A DNA stretch of 64,000 nucleotides from Balamuthia mandrillaris (taxonomy: Eukaryota). Shown one piece after another: positions 59,733 to 64,000 of the stretch. Each line of letters begins with the position of its first letter. Positions within the stretch are counted from its first letter, which is position 1. The DNA is taken from NCBI GenBank assembly GCA_031835245.2, contig JAVKOQ020000039.1, positions 186,001 to 250,000 on the forward strand, read 5' to 3'. The notes beneath the pieces were generated by a model. It saw only the letters and a list, made by a program, of their open reading frames with translations. It ran no database searches and was not told the origin of the DNA. Both the position numbers and the translations under genes were made by a program.

Positions 59733-60111
59733 GCTTCTCCTTGCTTTCTTCTTGTTCATTTTTTGCTTCTTCTCCCTTCATGCTTTCTCTGCTTCTTCTG
59801 ACCAGCAAAACAGTAAAAATGCATGATGTATGTACATGGATGAACGTTACAGAGGCGGAACCAAAAAAAAAAAAGAAAAAGAAATAGAAAAAGAAAAAGA
59901 AAAAAAAGAAAGAAAAGAAAAAGAAAAAGAAAAAGAAAGAAAAGAAAAAGAAAAGAAAAGAAAAAAGAAAAAAGAAAAAAGAAAAAAGAAAAAAGACTCC
60001 CAGAAGGAAAGCACAAAATGAGGACATCCTGTGCGGGCAAAAAAAAACCCCTCAAGTGTGCAGTTCTCTTGCACAGCAGCAGCAGCAGCAGCAGGAGAAG
60101 AGACAGCCTCC

Positions 60112-60488
60112 ATGGAGAGCGAACAAGCCATGTCGGAGAGGGAACAACCTCTTCCAGCAACCGAAACACCGGGTCAAATGCTTCAGCGACATAAAAAAGA
60201 GTTGCGGGTACTTTGTTGCTCGCTGTTTTTGCCACTGCCTCCATCCAGAAAGCGAGGTGGCAGTGTGTGTTGTGTATGTGGTACGAGGCCACAACTGACC
60301 TTTCTTCGTTTCATTGGGTGGTGGTGGTGGTGGTGTAGGATGTAAAAAAAATGAGAGGCAAGAGCAAGAAAGAACTAAAGCAGCTTGAAACTGAACTTCG
60401 GCAAAAGCACGCTCTGGAGCTCGCTAAGCTTACCCAAGTGACAGCCGAACAGGAGGAAGAGCAAGTGCCTGAGGAGACACAACAACAA

Positions 60489-60570
<82 letters not shown>

Positions 60571-61472
60571 CGAAAAAGCAAAGCAGACAGCAACGAAAAC
60601 GGGTTTGGCGTTACGCTGGCCTCACTTCCATTCCTGGGATCCGCCTAACTTAACTTTTTTGTAGAATGAAAAAAGGGAACAGGAGAAGCAACGACAAAGG
60701 GAAGCTGAGGAGCTCAGGAAAAACGTTGTGTCGAAAAAGCAACAAGAAACAACGGCTTTGTTAACCAAACTTACCGCAAACAACCTCAAGCTTAAAGAGG
60801 TACAGTTCTTTGTTTTTTGTGTTTTTAGAATACTAACTTACTTTTTCTCTCGTTGTGTTTGCTTGTTTCCGTCAGATAGTTGCCGATGGAAATTGTTTAT
60901 ACAATGCTTTAGTGGACCAAATGAACATATTGTATAAGGTAATATTGATGCTCCTCTATTGTGTGTCAACTTTGAATAACCAAAAACGCTGCAACAAAAA
61001 GACTCCCCTTTCAGTGCAACAACTCCGAACTGAGACAGCAGCATACATGCTGACCCACGCTGATGACTTCAAACCGTTTGTAGATTTGGAAGAAGATACG
61101 CATGGTACTGTACTTGGCTTTTTTGAAAAACGTTTTCCTTGTTTTTATTATTTTTTGGGGTTTGCATTTCAGAGTCATTTGAGGCGTACTGTGAAGCTAT
61201 TAAGTCAACCTCATCATGGGGAGGACAACTGGAGCTTAAAGCACTCACTCATTACCTCAGAGTTCCTATCTTGATTCATTCTGCATATTCACCAGATGTA
61301 GTGATGGGAGAAGAGTATGAAGGATCCCCTTTACATTTATCGTAAGTTGTTTGTTATCCCAAGGCTCGTTAGCTTTGTATCTGACAGTCACTTTTTATTC
61401 CATTCATTCAGGTTTCATCAACATTACTACACTTTAGGGGAGCATTACAATAGTGTTGTTCCTTCTGATTAA
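60112..61472 (+). CDS. OTU-domain deubiquitinase (OTUD6B/Otu2-like) with polyQ
   Basis: ADGNCLY, WGGQLELKAL, HYYTLGEHYNSV. Confidence 0.92.
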
Positions 61473-61499
61473 ATGCGTCTACGCCTACTATTAAACTTA

Positions 61500-61610
61500 T
61501 ACAAAACTTAACAATCTTGGTCAAGCCTGCACAAATTCTGCATCCACCACGTTATTGTGGTGGAAGGGGGTAGGTCCCAATGCAGAGCCCATGAAGGACC
61601 CTGCTCGCAA
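61500..61610 (-). ncRNA. Putative Fanzor omegaRNA scaffold overlapping the ORF 3' end
   Basis: Stems at 61543-61564 and 61582-61604 at the expected position; boundaries unknown. Confidence 0.5.
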
Positions 61611-61679
61611 AGAGAAGAAGCGGAGCATGTTCCGTGCTGCATTGACATCCCTGTCCGCAATGTATGTACAAGCCCTGCA
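61521..61679 (-). pseudogene. Detached Fanzor/TnpB C-terminus (CxxC plus RuvC-III)
   Basis: My translation, absent from the ORF track: CRACTYIADRDVNAARNMLRFFSLRAGSFMGSALGPTPFHHNNVVDAEFVQA*. Confidence 0.85.
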
Positions 61680-61951
61680 AAGAAGAAGAGAGAGAAACTG
61701 GCTGCTTCCTCTGATCTTCTTTCCTTAGCTCCGTCTTGCCAGTGGCGCCGTTGACCTCGGGAGATGCCACCCGAAGTGGCTACCTCCTCCTCCTCCTCCT
61801 CCTCCTCCTCCTCCCCTCCTCCTCCTCCCCTCCTCCTCCTCCTCCTCCTCCTCCTCCTGTGGTTCCTCCGCTACATGGCAGAAGTGTTCTCTTCGGTGAT
61901 TTATGATCTATGCATGGCAGAAGACTGGAGTGTCGGTGATTTATGATCTAT

Positions 61952-62974
61952 TTAGATCAAAGACAGACGAACGGCATAGAGCACCTCCGACGGAACTTTG
62001 TAGTTCTTGTCCCTCGCTTTGATTCGCGCCTCCCCGAAGAAGAGTTGGCGGATGGACTTGCTGTGGTTCCACGCCCTGGCTTGGATGCTGAGAGACTGGC
62101 TCTTGTCCTTCCGACCACGGAACTTCATCTTGAATCCAGTCCTGCCCGCCGCCAAGCTGGTTTTCACGCCGTTGAAGAAATCATCGACGGCGTCACTGCG
62201 AATGTATCGAGGAGTTTCCAACACCCACGCAAGGCTCTTGTCCTCTCCGTTGAAATTGCCGTTATTCAGGAATTTCTCCCTGACTTGTTCCTTCATCTCC
62301 TTAAGAGGCATTCCTTTATGTTCACGATGGAACTCCACGGCCTTGTTGTAGGTCCATCGTACTGTGCCGAACCACTTGGCCAGCGTCTTCTTTTGTTCTG
62401 AGCGCGGATAAAGGCGGATCTTCTCCACTCGCCCCACTACCGGTTTCTCCTCTCCGTTCTTGCCTTTTTTGGTGAGCTGTACGGCTGGGCGAGACGGAAC
62501 GAGTCCCTCGATGAGGCCTAACAAGCCTTTCTGGTTTTTCTCCTCTCCTTCCTTCTCCTTCTCCTTCTCCTTCTCCTTCTCCTCTTCCTCTTCCTCCTTC
62601 TTCTCCTTCTCCTTCTTCTTCTCCTCCTCCTCCAACACCTTTTCTCCGTTAGGAATGTGCTTGCAGGCGGTGAACCATCCTGAACCACAGGCAAAGGGTT
62701 CTTCCAAGCACAAGGCTTCCGGGCGTATTGATCTTCTCCCGATTTCGCTGGAAAACTGGTTCCAAAAGGGCTGGGCAGGTGCAGCCTGCGGCCTACCACG
62801 CTTCTGTGCCCTTGCCTGAGGTGCCGCTGGGGCGTTTTCCGCTCTTCTTTTCCGAGTAGCAGTGGAAGTAGCAGAAGTAGTGGCGCGACCCCCTTCCTTG
62901 TGAACCCGACCGAAGTGGATGGCCAACCCGTGAGAGGTAGCAAACTTTTTTCCGCACTGTGGGCAACTTGCCAT
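61952..62974 (-). CDS. Fanzor2 / IS607-TnpB-derived ORF (N-terminal, WED and REC portion) with N-terminal C2H2 zinc finger
   Basis: KIRLYPRSEQKKTLAKWFGTVRWTYNKAV (OrfB HTH/WED-REC), WVLETPRYIRSDAVDDF, FKMKFRGRK, PFWN...GWF N-terminal motif; CPQCGKKFATSHGLAIHFGRVH. Confidence 0.85.
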   Translation of the reverse strand: MASCPQCGKKFATSHGLAIHFGRVHKEGGRATTSATSTATRKRRAENAPAAPQARAQKRGRPQAAPAQPFWNQFSSEIGRRSIRPEALCLEEPFACGSGWFTACKHIPNGEKVLEEEEKKKEKEKKEEEEEEKEKEKEKEKEGEEKNQKGLLGLIEGLVPSRPAVQLTKKGKNGEEKPVVGRVEKIRLYPRSEQKKTLAKWFGTVRWTYNKAVEFHREHKGMPLKEMKEQVREKFLNNGNFNGEDKSLAWVLETPRYIRSDAVDDFFNGVKTSLAAGRTGFKMKFRGRKDKSQSLSIQARAWNHSKSIRQLFFGEARIKARDKNYKVPSEVLYAVRLSLI

Positions 62975-63651
62975 TCAGGCCAGCTTCCAGCAGCGTTGTG
63001 GAAGAGGCGCACAGAGGTCCATGATGCTGTTCTTTTTTAAACAAAAGAAATCATTAGTGAGTGGTTGGTAACAAATTTTGTTTCCATCATCAAAAAATGT
63101 AGTGAGCGAGCAGAGAAAAAAGAACGCTACCTTTTCAATCGGAGCAGTGCCCCTGCCTGCGGCTGAACCGCTTCGGTTTCCATCTCTGCCTCCTTCCGCT
63201 GGTTTCCTCCTTGTGTAGTAGAAGCGTAGCAATCAGAAATACGGTGGTGCGTGGAGCTGCGTGGATGTGTGTGTCTGTGTGTTTACTTTTGAAAAGAAAG
63301 AAAAGAAGAGAAGAGAAGAAAAGAAAACGAGTAGCAGAAAAATGTCAAGGCGACTGGCGAGTACCAAAAGTTTATTGGCGGCAGCAGCAGCATGAGCATC
63401 CATTCCATTCACCCCACCCCACAACCCACCCTACCACTTTGCCGACGTAGGAGAAGGAAGGGTTGTTTTGGCGGGAAACATGCTCATTGGCCCAAAAGAC
63501 TAATGTCGTGATTTCTTTTTTCGTTGTCCTTAGATCCTATGATCTTTGCGCCGCCTTATTTTGTATCTGGGCGGGAAAAAAAGGCAAACACCACCCTCCT
63601 TGTGCAAACCTATACTGAGAAAGGAAGAAAGAAAGAAAGAGGGCAGCAGAC

Positions 63652-64000
63652 ATGACGGTAACGTAAGACCACGATTGTTGTTGTCAAAGGGTCTCTCACT
63701 TGGCTATTTCAGTCGTTAGCTGGGCCACGAGGGGCATACGCTAGCCAAGAAGGAGCAGAAAAAGTGTTCTTGGCAGAAGGGCGGACGGACGGGAAATCCA
63801 GCAGCTTAGCGTGGGTCCTGTCTCAGCTACGGGAGATACGCGCCCAAACTAACAGGTACTTTAGCCTCATAGTCCCACCAGCCTTCCCCTGTTCTCTGCC
63901 GAAACATTCAATGTATGAAGAAATGCTCACCTTTGTCCATCAGCTACTTCAGTGAACTTGTTAACGCAGAGAAGGCATCGCAGGCAAACGCCAACGGTAA
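63652..64000 (+). CDS. Start of a small spliced hypothetical gene (runs off window)
   Basis: ATGACG|GT intron, exon SLAGPRGAYASQEGAEKVFL...LSQLREIRAQTN|GT, further exon at ~63942. Confidence 0.4.

Noticed and set aside
61870..61900. Minus-strand ITEENTSAM resembling the TnpB E-x-x-TS motif
   Set aside because: Bounded by stops, inside the repeat, and not followed by CxxC; probably coincidence.
61874..61951. CRISPR-like array beside the TnpB-like gene
   Set aside because: Only two units with 8-9 nt variable parts, in a eukaryote, with no cas genes.
62975..63500. IS607 serine recombinase upstream of the Fanzor ORF
   Set aside because: No resolvase (YxRVS) motif seen; left end of the element not identifiable.

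Overview
Eukaryotic, intron-rich DNA from an amoebozoan. The ~2.0-kb 18S rRNA matches Balamuthia mandrillaris diagnostic primer/probe sites as I recall them. The window has two compartments. (1) 1-~25 kb is a CpG-depleted transposon graveyard (piggyBac remnants, nested Ty3/gypsy chromovirus-type fragments and solo LTRs, a pogo-like remnant, a MITE, satellites) around a single minus-strand 18S-5.8S-28S rDNA unit. (2) ~26.7-64 kb is compact housekeeping genes: GPKOW, inositol dehydrogenase-like, TAPT1, TPX2-like, BAR-RhoGAP, SDA1, TPI, SLC35F5, PKA-R, USP48, CCDC59/FYV7-like, FERM, condensin H, OTUD6B. There are two highlights. First, a Fanzor2/IS607-TnpB-derived locus (61521-62974, minus) has an N-terminal C2H2 finger, lacks the central RuvC core, and retains the DRDVNAARN C-terminus with an overlapping structured omegaRNA-like 3' region. 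Second, an intergenic box H/ACA snoRNA (48534-48708, minus) has a guide pocket that pairs with the 28S rRNA in this same window. Gene coordinates are start-to-stop spans including introns, read by eye.
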